Shown: one piece after another, positions 47,793-57,559 of the stretch
How the letters are laid out: every line of letters begins with the position of its first letter
Numbering within the stretch: the first letter of the stretch is position 1
From: Dehalococcoidia bacterium
GTDB taxonomy: Bacteria; Chloroflexota; Dehalococcoidia; UBA6926
Assembly: GCA_034422835.1 (NCBI GenBank)
Contig: DAOUJJ010000006.1
Coordinates: 64,799 to 128,798 of the forward strand
Length of the DNA stretch: 64,000 nucleotides
Direction of reading: 5' to 3'
Program-made: the position numbers and the translations under genes
Notes under the pieces: model-generated
What the model was told of the DNA's origin: nothing
Seen by the model: the letters and a program-made list of their open reading frames with translations, nothing else
Databases searched by the model: none

Positions 47793-50700
47793 ATGACGAC
47801 CACGCCGGAACGCCCGTCCCGCGTGCTCGTGCTCGGCAGCGGACCGATTGTCATCGGCCAGGCCGCCGAGTTCGATTACGCAGGCACGCAGGCCTGCCGC
47901 GCCCTGCGCGAGGAGGGCGTTACGTCCATCCTCGTCAACTCCAACCCCGCCACAATCATGACCGACCACGAGATCGCGGACGTGGTCTACATCGAACCGC
48001 TGACCGTTGAGGCAGTGACACGTGTCATCGAACGGGAGCGGCCCGATGGGCTGCTGCCAACGCTCGGCGGGCAGACCGGGCTCAATCTCGCCGTCGATCT
48101 GGCAGAGACGGGCGTGCTGGAGCAATACAACGTCCGTCTCCTGGGAACGCCGCTGGATGCGATACGCACGGCGGAGGACCGCAATCTCTTCCGGCAGATG
48201 CTTGACGAGATCGGCGAGCCAGTGCCGGAGAACGAGGTCGTCACCACAGTTGAGGACGCCCGCACGGTGGCGGAACGCCTCGGCCTGCCCGTCGTGATTC
48301 GCCCCGCCTACACACTGGGCGGCTCGGGCGGAGGGATTGCGTACACACCGGAGCAGTTGGATGAGCAGGTTCGCACGGGTCTCTCCTACAGCCCCATCGG
48401 ACAGGTGCTTGTTGAGCGCAGCCTGATCGGCTGGAAAGAGATCGAGTACGAGGTCATGCGTGATGGGGCGGACACAACGATCACCGTCTGCAACATGGAG
48501 AACCTGGACGCGATGGGTGTCCACACCGGCGACAGCATCGTCGTCGCTCCCAGCCAGACGCTGACGGACAAGGAGTACCAGATGCTCCGCTCCGCCAGCC
48601 TGAAGATCATCTCCGCCCTGGGCATAGAGGGCGGCTGCAACGTCCAGCTCGCGCTGGAGCCGCATCCGACGGTGGCCGGCAAGGGGCAGAACGCGGGCTA
48701 TTCGGAATCGCCCTATTACGTCATTGAAGTCAATCCTCGCGTCAGCCGCTCCTCGGCGCTGGCGTCCAAGGCAACGGGGTATCCGATTGCCCGCGTCGCC
48801 GCCAAGATTGCCGTCGGCAAGCGGCTGGACGAGATTCCCAACGCGGTCACGCAGGTCACCACGGCCGCTTTTGAACCGGCGCTCGACTATTGCGTGGCCA
48901 AGATTCCGCGCTGGCCGTTCGACAAGTTCCCGTCCGGCGACCGTTCATTGGGCACACAGATGAAGGCCACCGGCGAAGTGATGGCCATCGACCGCTCGTT
49001 TGAGGCCGCATTACAAAAGGCAGTCCGGTCGCTGGAGGTGGCCGGGGACAGCCTGCTGTGGGAGCACGGCTCATGGAGCGCAATCTCTGACCCTCTGGAA
49101 GAACTGCCGCTTCACCCGAATGACCAGCGCCTGTGGGCGCTGATGGCGGCGCTGCGACGCGGCGTTTCGCTTGAGGACCTCTCCGTCAAAACCGGCGTTG
49201 ATCCGTGGTTCCTGTACAAGCTGAACGCCATTGTCGGCATGGAGAACAGGCTGCTGGCGGAGCCCCTGACACCGCGCCTGCTGCGTGACGCAAAACGCAT
49301 CGGATTCTCCGATACACAGATCAGCACCCTGGCGGACCGGCTCCCTGAGCAGGTTCATGAGCTGCGGCAGGAGTGGGACATCCGCCCCGTTTACAAGATG
49401 GTGGACACGTGCGCGGCGGAGTTTGAGGCGGCCACGCCCTATTTTTACTCGACCTACGAAGAGGAAAACGAAGCGTTGCCGTTGGAGGGGCGATCGGCCG
49501 TCGTCATCGGCAGCGGCCCAATCCGCATCGGGCAGGGAATCGAGTTCGACTACTGCTCCGTTCACGCCGCCTGGGCTCTGCAGGATGAGGGCGCGGCCAG
49601 CATCATCATCAATTCCAACCCGGAAACCGTGTCCACGGACTTCGATACCTCAAACCGCCTCTATTTCGAGCCGCTTGACGAGGAGGGCGTCGCCTGTGTC
49701 CTGGAGAACGAGCGCGTCACGCATGGGGAGCAGGAGATGTTCCCCCACACGGCAGCGCAATTCGGCGGACAGACGGCCATCAATCTGATCAGCCCGCTTA
49801 GCAGGCGCGCCTTTACCATTCTGGGCACTCAACCGGCGACCGTCGATCAGGCCGAGGACCGCCAGCGGTTCGATGAATTCGTCACGACGCTCGGCATCCC
49901 CCGCCCACCCGGCGCCGGGGTGACGTCCATCGAAGAGGGGCTGGCCGTTGCGAACTCCATCGGATATCCGATTGTCGTCCGGCCGAGTTTCGTACTTGGC
50001 GGGCGCGCAATGGAGATCGTCCATACGCCGGCGGAGTTCACGCGCTACGTGATGACCGCTATGGAAGAGGTCGGAGACAACCGCCCCATCCAGGTAGACA
50101 AGTTCCTTGAAGGGATGGAGGTGGAGGTGGACGCCGTCAGCGACGGCGAGGACGTGCTCATACCCGGGATCATGGAGCACATCGAGCGGGCAGGCGTCCA
50201 CAGCGGTGATTCCATGGCCGTCTATCCGGCCCCCTCGATATCCGAGGACGATGAGCGGCAGATCGTCGACTACACGATCCAGCTTGGCCGCGCATTCGGC
50301 ATCATTGGGTTGATGAACATCCAGTTCGTCGTTGTCCACAACGAGAACCAGGACGGGACGCCCGCGCCATCCACCGTCTACGTGCTTGAGGTCAACGTCC
50401 GCTCCAGCCGCACGGTGCCGTTCATCTCCAAGGTGACGGAGGTGCCCATGGTCAGTCTCGCCACACGCGTCATCATGGGGCGCACGCTCAAGGAGATGGG
50501 GCATGAGAGCGGCCTGTGGCCGAAGAAGCCGCTCGTGGCCGTCAAAGCGCCCGTCTCGTCCATGGCCAAGCTGATGGGCGTGGACACGTATTTGGGGCCG
50601 GAGATGAAATCCACGGGAGAGGTCATGGGAATCGACACGTCCCTCGCTCCCGCTCTGACAAAGGCGCTGCAGGCGGCGCGGCTCATGCTGCCGCAATCCG

Positions 50701-51140
50701 GTGGCATCCTCATCAGCGTGTCCGACCGCGAAAAGGCGGAGGTGGTGCCGATTGCGCGACGCCTGGCCGCGCACGGCTACGAGGTCTACGCAACGGAGGG
50801 CACCGCGACGATCCTGCGCGCCGTTGGCATTGAGGTTGCCGGGGTCCCGGCCAAGGTCAGCGAGGGCGACGACGGCTCCGGCACGACCACTGATCTGATC
50901 CGCGACGGCCGCGTGCACGCCGTCGTCAACACCATGTCCGGCAACCGTGTGCCACTGAGGGACGGCTTTGAGATTCGCAGAGCCGCCACGGAGCAGGGCA
51001 TCCCCTGCTACACGAGCCTGGACACGTTCCGCGTGGCCGTTGATTCCGTGACGGGCGGCGCGGAGGCGGGCGAGTACAGCATTATGCGCCTCGATGAATA
51101 TGTGAACGGCAGGCCGTCGGACGAATTTCAGGCCCGGTGA
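47793..51140 (+). CDS. carB: Carbamoyl-phosphate synthase large subunit
   Basis: Duplicated ATP-grasp halves plus MGS-like C-terminal domain; 1115 aa. Confidence 0.97.
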   Translation: MTTTPERPSRVLVLGSGPIVIGQAAEFDYAGTQACRALREEGVTSILVNSNPATIMTDHEIADVVYIEPLTVEAVTRVIERERPDGLLPTLGGQTGLNLAVDLAETGVLEQYNVRLLGTPLDAIRTAEDRNLFRQMLDEIGEPVPENEVVTTVEDARTVAERLGLPVVIRPAYTLGGSGGGIAYTPEQLDEQVRTGLSYSPIGQVLVERSLIGWKEIEYEVMRDGADTTITVCNMENLDAMGVHTGDSIVVAPSQTLTDKEYQMLRSASLKIISALGIEGGCNVQLALEPHPTVAGKGQNAGYSESPYYVIEVNPRVSRSSALASKATGYPIARVAAKIAVGKRLDEIPNAVTQVTTAAFEPALDYCVAKIPRWPFDKFPSGDRSLGTQMKATGEVMAIDRSFEAALQKAVRSLEVAGDSLLWEHGSWSAISDPLEELPLHPNDQRLWALMAALRRGVSLEDLSVKTGVDPWFLYKLNAIVGMENRLLAEPLTPRLLRDAKRIGFSDTQISTLADRLPEQVHELRQEWDIRPVYKMVDTCAAEFEAATPYFYSTYEEENEALPLEGRSAVVIGSGPIRIGQGIEFDYCSVHAAWALQDEGAASIIINSNPETVSTDFDTSNRLYFEPLDEEGVACVLENERVTHGEQEMFPHTAAQFGGQTAINLISPLSRRAFTILGTQPATVDQAEDRQRFDEFVTTLGIPRPPGAGVTSIEEGLAVANSIGYPIVVRPSFVLGGRAMEIVHTPAEFTRYVMTAMEEVGDNRPIQVDKFLEGMEVEVDAVSDGEDVLIPGIMEHIERAGVHSGDSMAVYPAPSISEDDERQIVDYTIQLGRAFGIIGLMNIQFVVVHNENQDGTPAPSTVYVLEVNVRSSRTVPFISKVTEVPMVSLATRVIMGRTLKEMGHESGLWPKKPLVAVKAPVSSMAKLMGVDTYLGPEMKSTGEVMGIDTSLAPALTKALQAARLMLPQSGGILISVSDREKAEVVPIARRLAAHGYEVYATEGTATILRAVGIEVAGVPAKVSEGDDGSGTTTDLIRDGRVHAVVNTMSGNRVPLRDGFEIRRAATEQGIPCYTSLDTFRVAVDSVTGGAEAGEYSIMRLDEYVNGRPSDEFQAR

Positions 51141-51170
51141 CGGGCTCATCATCGCCATTACGGAAGCCTC

Positions 51171-51956
51171 ATGGCCACTTTCGAGACGATTGCGCAGGGC
51201 ATGATCCTTGTGCGCATCGGAGCATCAAAGGTGGCTCGCGCCGCGAAGCCGGGGCAATACGTTCAGCGACGCGGACACATCGCGCAGGGCATCGTGAGCG
51301 ATGATCTGCGCGCTCAAACCCTGCCGTTCGATCCGCAGCCCTACCCAATCCTCTCAGTCGACACGAACAGTGGCGAGATCACTGTTCTGGCAGTAACGGA
51401 AGATGGGTACGACTCCGCGATCACATCGACACCGACAGGTCTCGAATGGGCGGTGAGAGGGCCGTTGGGCAAGCCTGTCACGATTGATCCCGCGGCAAGG
51501 CACGTGGCGTTTATTGCGCAGGGGGACGGCATTGGGGCGCTCATCACCGTGATGCGGGAGGCTGCTGAACGCGGCGTCCGCGTGACGCTCATGGCCGGAG
51601 CGGAGAACGCCTGGCAGCTCTATCCGTCACATCTGTTGCCCGACGGCGTGCGCGAGATGACAGCGACGGACGACGGCTCGGCGGGAATACGCGCCCCCGT
51701 CACTCATCTACTGCCGCAGGTTCAGGATGAGGCTGATCTACTGGTCGCGTCCGGCCCACCAAAGCTGTACGCGGACCTGGCCCGCATGCGCGCTGACGGC
51801 CTGCTGACCATTCCGACGACGGTCATGGTGCTGCCGCGCCTTGAGTGCCGCGACGGAAAATGCGGCGAGTGTGTGGTGCAAATGACCGACGGCCCACGGC
51901 TAGCCTGCATGGACGGGCCCGCCTTTGATCTGGATGAGGTGGACTGGGAAGCGTGA
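51171..51956 (+). CDS. Dihydroorotate dehydrogenase electron-transfer subunit (PyrK)-like FAD/[2Fe-2S] protein, 261 aa
   Basis: Its position after carB and its length fit pyrK. C-terminal Cys cluster ECRDGKCGECVVQ...ACMDGP. The N-terminal FAD-binding motifs are divergent. No pyrD follows. Confidence 0.6.
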   Translation: MATFETIAQGMILVRIGASKVARAAKPGQYVQRRGHIAQGIVSDDLRAQTLPFDPQPYPILSVDTNSGEITVLAVTEDGYDSAITSTPTGLEWAVRGPLGKPVTIDPAARHVAFIAQGDGIGALITVMREAAERGVRVTLMAGAENAWQLYPSHLLPDGVREMTATDDGSAGIRAPVTHLLPQVQDEADLLVASGPPKLYADLARMRADGLLTIPTTVMVLPRLECRDGKCGECVVQMTDGPRLACMDGPAFDLDEVDWEA

Positions 51957-51978
51957 ATGACCGCTATCCGGTAGTTAT

Positions 51979-53004
51979 TCAGTCGCTTTGCATCGGCAAT
52001 TGGACGATTGCGCTGCCGCGTACGCATGGCCTTCCGCCGCTGCCCTCGCTCCACAGTTCAAGCTCGACAAGGGCTGTGCCGTCATCGTCGCGCCACTTCC
52101 GTGAGACGCGGCCATAGTGCATGATCGTCTCGCCGATGAACTCCGGGGAGCGAACCTCTCCGCGAAAGTGGCGCAGGATGCCACGCCGTCCCATCCACCG
52201 CGTCGCGGTCTGGCACAGCATGTCCCCCGAAAGATCACCCTGCGCGATCCGCTCCGGCAGGCCCTCAACCTGCGCATAGGCACGATCGTAGTGGATCAGA
52301 TGGCTGTTGGTCTTCACGAGGCCGTAGAAGAAGACCTGCACGGTTGAGATGAAACGCGGCAGTGGTGTCAGTTCATCACCCTCGTGAACGTCATCCCACA
52401 CCGGCTCGTCCGTCCACTGCGGCGGCTCGGTGGGCCGCGCCTGCGCGCCATCCTCAAGTTCGAGCACGCCCCATTCACGCCCGGTGCCGTCCGGTGATGA
52501 CGGCTGCAGCACGATGGCCGTCGTGGTGCGGTCAATCATCACCGTGCGGCCATGCTGGTTCGTGATCGTCATCTCCTTGGTGGTAAAGATCATTGTGCCC
52601 GAGCGTCCCTGCTTCTCCTCAACGTCCGTGACCGTTGATTGGTGCGTCAGCACATCACCCGGCCTGATGGGCTCGATAAAAGTCACGTCCATGCCCGTGA
52701 AACGCGACTGCGCGCCGGGGATACGCAGTTGGAGGAGGTCATTGCGCGTATCCGGCAGGCCGTCAGGACGGAGATCGGCAATGGCGGTTGGAGGAAAGTT
52801 TGTAGAGCCGGTGAACAGCGGTGGCGCAACGATGCCGCCGTACGGGCCGTCTTTGGCACGGTCTTGGTCAACATACGAGGGCCGCACGTCATCGACGGCA
52901 TAGGCGTAGCGGGCAATCTCATCAAATGTGATGGGCGGCCGGGATTCCGGCTCGGATGTCCGTCCGAGCAACTCCCGCGCTGCTTGCAGCACCTTGCTTG
53001 TCAT
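51979..53004 (-). CDS. Double-hotdog (N-terminal hotdog + C-terminal MaoC-like) enoyl-CoA hydratase/dehydratase, ~341 aa
   Basis: Two tandem hotdog domains. ATG at 53004. The ORF-track N-terminal extension is unsupported. Confidence 0.75.
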   Translation of the reverse strand: MTSKVLQAARELLGRTSEPESRPPITFDEIARYAYAVDDVRPSYVDQDRAKDGPYGGIVAPPLFTGSTNFPPTAIADLRPDGLPDTRNDLLQLRIPGAQSRFTGMDVTFIEPIRPGDVLTHQSTVTDVEEKQGRSGTMIFTTKEMTITNQHGRTVMIDRTTTAIVLQPSSPDGTGREWGVLELEDGAQARPTEPPQWTDEPVWDDVHEGDELTPLPRFISTVQVFFYGLVKTNSHLIHYDRAYAQVEGLPERIAQGDLSGDMLCQTATRWMGRRGILRHFRGEVRSPEFIGETIMHYGRVSRKWRDDDGTALVELELWSEGSGGRPCVRGSAIVQLPMQSD

Positions 53005-53065
53005 ATCTGTCCAGCCCCGATGACTTCTGTGAGTACCAAGCAAGGATACGGCAACATGGCGGCAG

Positions 53066-53105
53066 CGTTCCCTCACCCCCACCCAACCTTCCCCCGTCAA
53101 GGGTG
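53066..53105. repeat. Degenerate copy of the TIR motif (CACCCCCACCCAACCTTCCCCCGTCAAGGGTGAAGG) in the divergent intergenic region
   Basis: Compare the TIR at 11482-11521 (CACCCCCACCCTAACCCTCCCCCATCAAGGGGGAGGG). Confidence 0.5.
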
Positions 53106-53136
53106 AAGGAGCATCGCCCGGTAGTTAGAGCGTTGC

Positions 53137-55578
53137 GTGAATCGAGGGAAAAATGGCACAGTGAGCGCCATGACGAATACGAACGACGGCAAGACGGCGC
53201 TTGGACACCTGAAGGTTGTTGAGCTTGGCGGCGGCACCGGAGCATCCGCCATGGCGGGGCGGTTGCTTGGCGATATGGGCGCAGATATTGTGCTCATTGA
53301 ACCGCCCGGAGGGGTTGGGGCGCGCCGCATCGGCCCATTCGCCAACGACATTGACGATCCCGACCGCAGCCTGACGTTCCTCGACCACAACATCAACAAG
53401 CGCTCCGTGGTTCTTGATCTCGATACGCCGGACGGGCAGGAGTCTGTGCGCCGCCTCGCCTCATGGGCGGACGTGCTGATTGAGTCGTATGAACCCGGGT
53501 ATCTGCCGGAGCGCGGCCTCGGCTATGAGGACCTCGCTGGAATCAACCCCGAACTCGTTTACGGCTCCCTGACGCCGTTCGGCCAATCCGGGCCGTACTC
53601 GAACTACGCCTCGACGGAACTCATCATCCAGTCGTTGGCGGGGGACCCGTGGGTCTACGGCGACGATGAACGCGCCCCCGCGATGGTGCCCGGCGACGCC
53701 ACCGCCCGCATCGGCTCCATGCATCTTGTCTACGGCATCCTGCTTGCGCTACGAGAGCGACGGTGGTCGACGCGCGGCCAGCACGTTGACGTGTCGCGGC
53801 AGGACATCGGCGTCTGGCAGCTGGTGAGCGGCAGCATCTCCCGCGTCGGGCTGCGGAACGAAGTCTTCCGCCGTCCCGGCAAGGCGTCCACCGGCATCGG
53901 CAGCATCTATCACTGCGCGGACGGCGTAATCCAGTTCTTCCCGTCCACCAACGCGCAGTTCCGCGGCCTGGTCACGGGCTGGATGCAGGACTCCACGTTC
54001 GACGATGAGGCATGGGACGACACCAATTTCCGCCGCGACAACTACGACATCATCGACGTGGCAATGCGAGAGTTCATGGGCAAGCTAACCGCCGCGGAGA
54101 TCGAGGAAAAGGCGGCCATCCACGATGTGCCCATGGCGCGCCTGTCCACGATGGCGGAGTTTGTGGAACATCCACACACCGTCGCTCGCAAGTTCATAGT
54201 CGATACCACTCATCCCGTCGTTGGCGACTACCGCGCCCCCGGCCCGCCGTACAGGTTTAAGGCCACGCCCTGGGCGATTACCCGCCATGCGCCGCGCGTG
54301 GACGAGCACGGCGCCGAACTGCGAGAAATGATTGCAGGGCTGTCATCCATGCCCGCTGACCTGGCGAAATATGTTGCGCGGCGGCACGATCAGCGCAAGC
54401 AGCCGCTTGAGGGAATACGCATCGCCGACCTGAGCCGTGTGTTTGCCGGGCCGTTCGGCACGATGCTGCTGGGATTCCACGGCGCGGAGGTCATCCGGAT
54501 CGAGTCGGAGGATCTGCCCGCGTTCCGCATGCCGATGCAGCCGAACTACCCGGAACTGAACCGCAACAAGCAGTGCGTGACCATCGATATGCGCTCAAAG
54601 AAGGGGCAGGAACTCATCAAGGGCATCGTCGCGCAGTCGGATGTTGTGTTTGAGAATTTCCGCCCAACCGTCATGGAGCGCATGGGGCTATCCTACGAGG
54701 AACTGCGCAAGGTTCGACCGAATGTGATTATGGCATCTATGTCAGGGTACGGTATGGACGGCCCGATGAGAGATCGGCCTGCGTTTGGGCAGCTGCTGAT
54801 GGCGTTCGGGGGCTTGTCCTACATGTGGGGGCATCCTGAGAGCGACATCGATACGCGCCCCAAGAATGCGTATTCTGACTTCACGCTCGGCGCGCAGGCG
54901 GCCATGGCCGTAATGATGGCGTTGGAACACCGCGATCAAACCGGCGAGGGGCAGCACATCGAGAGTTCCCACGTAGAAGGACTGGCCGCGCTGCTTGGGC
55001 CGGAGATGCTGAGCTACCTCATCAACGGGGTCAGCCCGCAGCCGCGCGGCAACGCCAGCGACATATACGCTCCGCACGGCGTCTACCCCTGCCAGGGCTT
55101 TGATGCGTGGGTGTCCATCGCCGTCGAAAACGATGAGCAGTGGAACAAGCTCGTTGCGGTGATGGACGAGCCGACGTGGGCGAGTGACGGGAAATTCGCA
55201 ACACAGGAGAACCGTCTTGCCAATCGCGCCGAGCTTGATGAGCGGCTGAGCGAGTGGACATCCACGCGCTGGGCGGGGCAGATCCAGGTCGCGCTGCAGG
55301 CCGTCGGCGTGCCGTGCGGCGCGGTGCAGAACCCGCTTGATCTCCTCAAGGATCCTCAGCTAGAGCATCGTGGCACCATCGTCACGGCGCACCACGACCC
55401 GGACTGGTGGGGCACCATGCAGCACCCCGGCGTCTCCCTGCACCTGAGCGCCACGCCCGGCTGGGCGACGGACTCCACGCCCGGCCTCGGCCAAGACAAC
55501 GACCGCGTCTTCAAGCAGCTGCTCGGCCTCACCTCCGCCGAGATAGAAGCGCTAACGGCGGAGGGGGTGCTGAGGTAG
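53137..55578 (+). CDS. Tandem fusion of two family-III (CaiB/BaiF) CoA-transferase domains, 813 aa
   Basis: The first domain begins LKVVELGGGTGASAMAGRLLGDMGADIV. The second begins at ~residue 425 with IRIADLSRVFAGPFGTMLLGFHGAEVIRIE. Both have the glycine-rich CoA-binding start typical of CaiB-type transferases. Confidence 0.8.
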   Translation: MNRGKNGTVSAMTNTNDGKTALGHLKVVELGGGTGASAMAGRLLGDMGADIVLIEPPGGVGARRIGPFANDIDDPDRSLTFLDHNINKRSVVLDLDTPDGQESVRRLASWADVLIESYEPGYLPERGLGYEDLAGINPELVYGSLTPFGQSGPYSNYASTELIIQSLAGDPWVYGDDERAPAMVPGDATARIGSMHLVYGILLALRERRWSTRGQHVDVSRQDIGVWQLVSGSISRVGLRNEVFRRPGKASTGIGSIYHCADGVIQFFPSTNAQFRGLVTGWMQDSTFDDEAWDDTNFRRDNYDIIDVAMREFMGKLTAAEIEEKAAIHDVPMARLSTMAEFVEHPHTVARKFIVDTTHPVVGDYRAPGPPYRFKATPWAITRHAPRVDEHGAELREMIAGLSSMPADLAKYVARRHDQRKQPLEGIRIADLSRVFAGPFGTMLLGFHGAEVIRIESEDLPAFRMPMQPNYPELNRNKQCVTIDMRSKKGQELIKGIVAQSDVVFENFRPTVMERMGLSYEELRKVRPNVIMASMSGYGMDGPMRDRPAFGQLLMAFGGLSYMWGHPESDIDTRPKNAYSDFTLGAQAAMAVMMALEHRDQTGEGQHIESSHVEGLAALLGPEMLSYLINGVSPQPRGNASDIYAPHGVYPCQGFDAWVSIAVENDEQWNKLVAVMDEPTWASDGKFATQENRLANRAELDERLSEWTSTRWAGQIQVALQAVGVPCGAVQNPLDLLKDPQLEHRGTIVTAHHDPDWWGTMQHPGVSLHLSATPGWATDSTPGLGQDNDRVFKQLLGLTSAEIEALTAEGVLR

Positions 55579-55609
55579 TGTTTTTCTCCAAGGACATCGG
55601 AAGGAATGC

Positions 55610-56092
55610 TTGATGACGAACGATGAAGAACAGCAAAAGACGAACGAAACCGAAGAAACTGAGGCGGTGCCCAAGGAATCGGGGATGCGCGGTCTGTTTG
55701 GCAAAGCCCGCTCTGCGGTCTCTGATGGTCTAGATCGGGCTCAAGAAGTGGCTACTCCGCATGTAGAGCGGGCACGGGAGGCCGCCACACCTCATGTTGA
55801 GAGAGCGCAAGAGGCTGCTGCGCCACACGTTGAGCGCGTCCAGGAGGCCGCTGCGCCGCATGTTGAGCGTGTTCAAGAGGCCACCGCGCCACATGTTGAA
55901 AGAGCCCAAGACATATATGCAAAGACCATCGGAGCGGAGTTCCGTGAAGAATTCACGCGATACGTGAACGCCGCCACGACGACCATCGTTGGCCTCCATC
56001 AGGATCAAGCGGCGACCCAGGAGCGCGTCGATCAGTTGGAGAATGAGGTTGAAACGCTAAAGCAGCGCATTGCCGACCTAGAGAATCGCTAA
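55610..56092 (+). CDS. Hypothetical protein with five tandem 11-aa repeats (ATPHVERAQEA) and C-terminal coiled coil, 160 aa
   Basis: 33-bp tandem repeats ~55735-55900, then QERVDQLENEVETLKQRIADLEN. No known family. Confidence 0.5.
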   Translation: MMTNDEEQQKTNETEETEAVPKESGMRGLFGKARSAVSDGLDRAQEVATPHVERAREAATPHVERAQEAAAPHVERVQEAAAPHVERVQEATAPHVERAQDIYAKTIGAEFREEFTRYVNAATTTIVGLHQDQAATQERVDQLENEVETLKQRIADLENR

Positions 56093-56097
56093 CCAGT

Positions 56098-57327
56098 TTG
56101 ATGGCCACACCTCTGACAATGAACATCGAGACTTCTCTGACAGAACTTGAGGCTCTGGGGGAGCAATTTCCTGAGGCCGAGTCGGACCGACTGTATGATC
56201 TTGCCCGCCAAAGGGCCATCAAGGCAGAGCAATCACTGCTTGAACTGGCTGCGCTCGCAGCAGATCTCTCGATTGATGACATCACCAATCTCGGGTTGGA
56301 GCCGGGTGTTGGTCTGCTCAATGTGCCGAATCTACTAGCCACTTACGAGCCTGATTCTGAGAGGGACACGAAGGAATTCCTTGAGATACTCCGCTCTATG
56401 AACGATACTCCCGACGCACTGGAAATGGCCCCGCTCATATTGGCGGCAGTAGTTCGGAGATATCCAGATGACCCGCTGGGATTTCTTCAAAGAATCAAGG
56501 ACGAGGATTGGGATCCTGATGACATCCCTCTGGATGATGTATTTGGGCAGATTAGGGGACATTATTTTGAGGAACTTGTTGTTAGTCAATTAAAGAGCGG
56601 ACAGGTCTTAGGCGAGTTATGGTTGCAGGCCGGACAAACTGTCGACTTACCGCTTGATCCAACCATACGTGGATGGGATATCCAGATTTTTGATGGGGAC
56701 ACACTCAATGAAAGATTCTCTCTAAAGGCGACCGAGAGCATCAAACGGGTCAAAGAAGCCCTTCAGGAATATCCAAGGTTTCGCGTCGTTGCTACTTCCG
56801 AGATTGACGGCACAGCAGAGGACATTCTGACAACCGACATCTCCAATTCTGAACTGCAGGAGGATATGAAGGGTTGGGTTCGAGAGATTAATGAGGCTGA
56901 GGATGGAGCTTTTTCGATAGACATATCAGACCCGAATCTCAAAGAGAGAATTCTTAGACAAGCTGAAGAGTCTGTTGAGGGCTCACTGGACAATGCCCTA
57001 GATAACGCAGTGGAGATAGCTCTTGACGCCGTCCCGGTAGTATCCGGCGTGATTGTCCTTGTTAGTGAGGGGCGCGCGGTTCTCATGGGAGCGGCGCAGT
57101 TGGAGGACGCCCTCAAACGCGGGGCACAACGGCTCGGGAAAGCAACCGCCTTTACGACGGCAGGAGCAATTATGACAGCCGCGTCCGTGCCGGGAATTGC
57201 CGTCACTCCAGCCCTATTAGCCGCCCGCGTTTGGGCATCACGCCTCGGCAATCGCGCCACCATGGGAACAATCGCCAAAGAGCACGCGGATACGCTTTTG
57301 GCTCTGAGACAACAGCCTCTACAATGA
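56098..57327 (+). CDS. Hypothetical protein, 409 aa (acidic N-terminal two-thirds, hydrophobic/Ala-rich C-terminal third)
   Basis: Long ORF in a ~50% GC islet, 6 nt after the preceding gene. No recognisable domain. Confidence 0.5.
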   Translation: MMATPLTMNIETSLTELEALGEQFPEAESDRLYDLARQRAIKAEQSLLELAALAADLSIDDITNLGLEPGVGLLNVPNLLATYEPDSERDTKEFLEILRSMNDTPDALEMAPLILAAVVRRYPDDPLGFLQRIKDEDWDPDDIPLDDVFGQIRGHYFEELVVSQLKSGQVLGELWLQAGQTVDLPLDPTIRGWDIQIFDGDTLNERFSLKATESIKRVKEALQEYPRFRVVATSEIDGTAEDILTTDISNSELQEDMKGWVREINEAEDGAFSIDISDPNLKERILRQAEESVEGSLDNALDNAVEIALDAVPVVSGVIVLVSEGRAVLMGAAQLEDALKRGAQRLGKATAFTTAGAIMTAASVPGIAVTPALLAARVWASRLGNRATMGTIAKEHADTLLALRQQPLQ

Positions 57328-57559
57328 TGGTTAGTGAAGGTGAGGAAGCTATAGCGACAGACGAGGCATTACTCCGGCGTATTACGTCCCGTCTGGATGT
57401 GTTTGACGGCAAGCCGATCATCCGAGACATGCGTATTTCCGTCGCGTTGATTCTCAGCCTGCTGAGCCAGGTGAATCAATCGAGAACATTCTGGCTGATT
57501 ATCCACGGCTTGAGCCTGCCGATATCCAGGCCTGCATGGCCTACGCCCGCGCGGCCTAG
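57324..57559 (+). pseudogene. DUF433-family gene disrupted by a single-nucleotide frameshift near 57465
   Basis: The N-terminal 48 aa (..RITSRLDVFDGKPIIRDMRISVALILSLLS) are in one frame. The conserved DUF433 C-terminus GESIENILADYPRLEPADIQACMAYARAA* is in the adjacent frame, ending TAG at 57557-57559. Confidence 0.5.

Noticed and set aside
53137-53170. Alternative later start (ATG 53170) for the tandem CoA-transferase
   Set aside because: Neither start has a strong RBS. Kept the longest ORF, but the true start is uncertain by ~11 codons.
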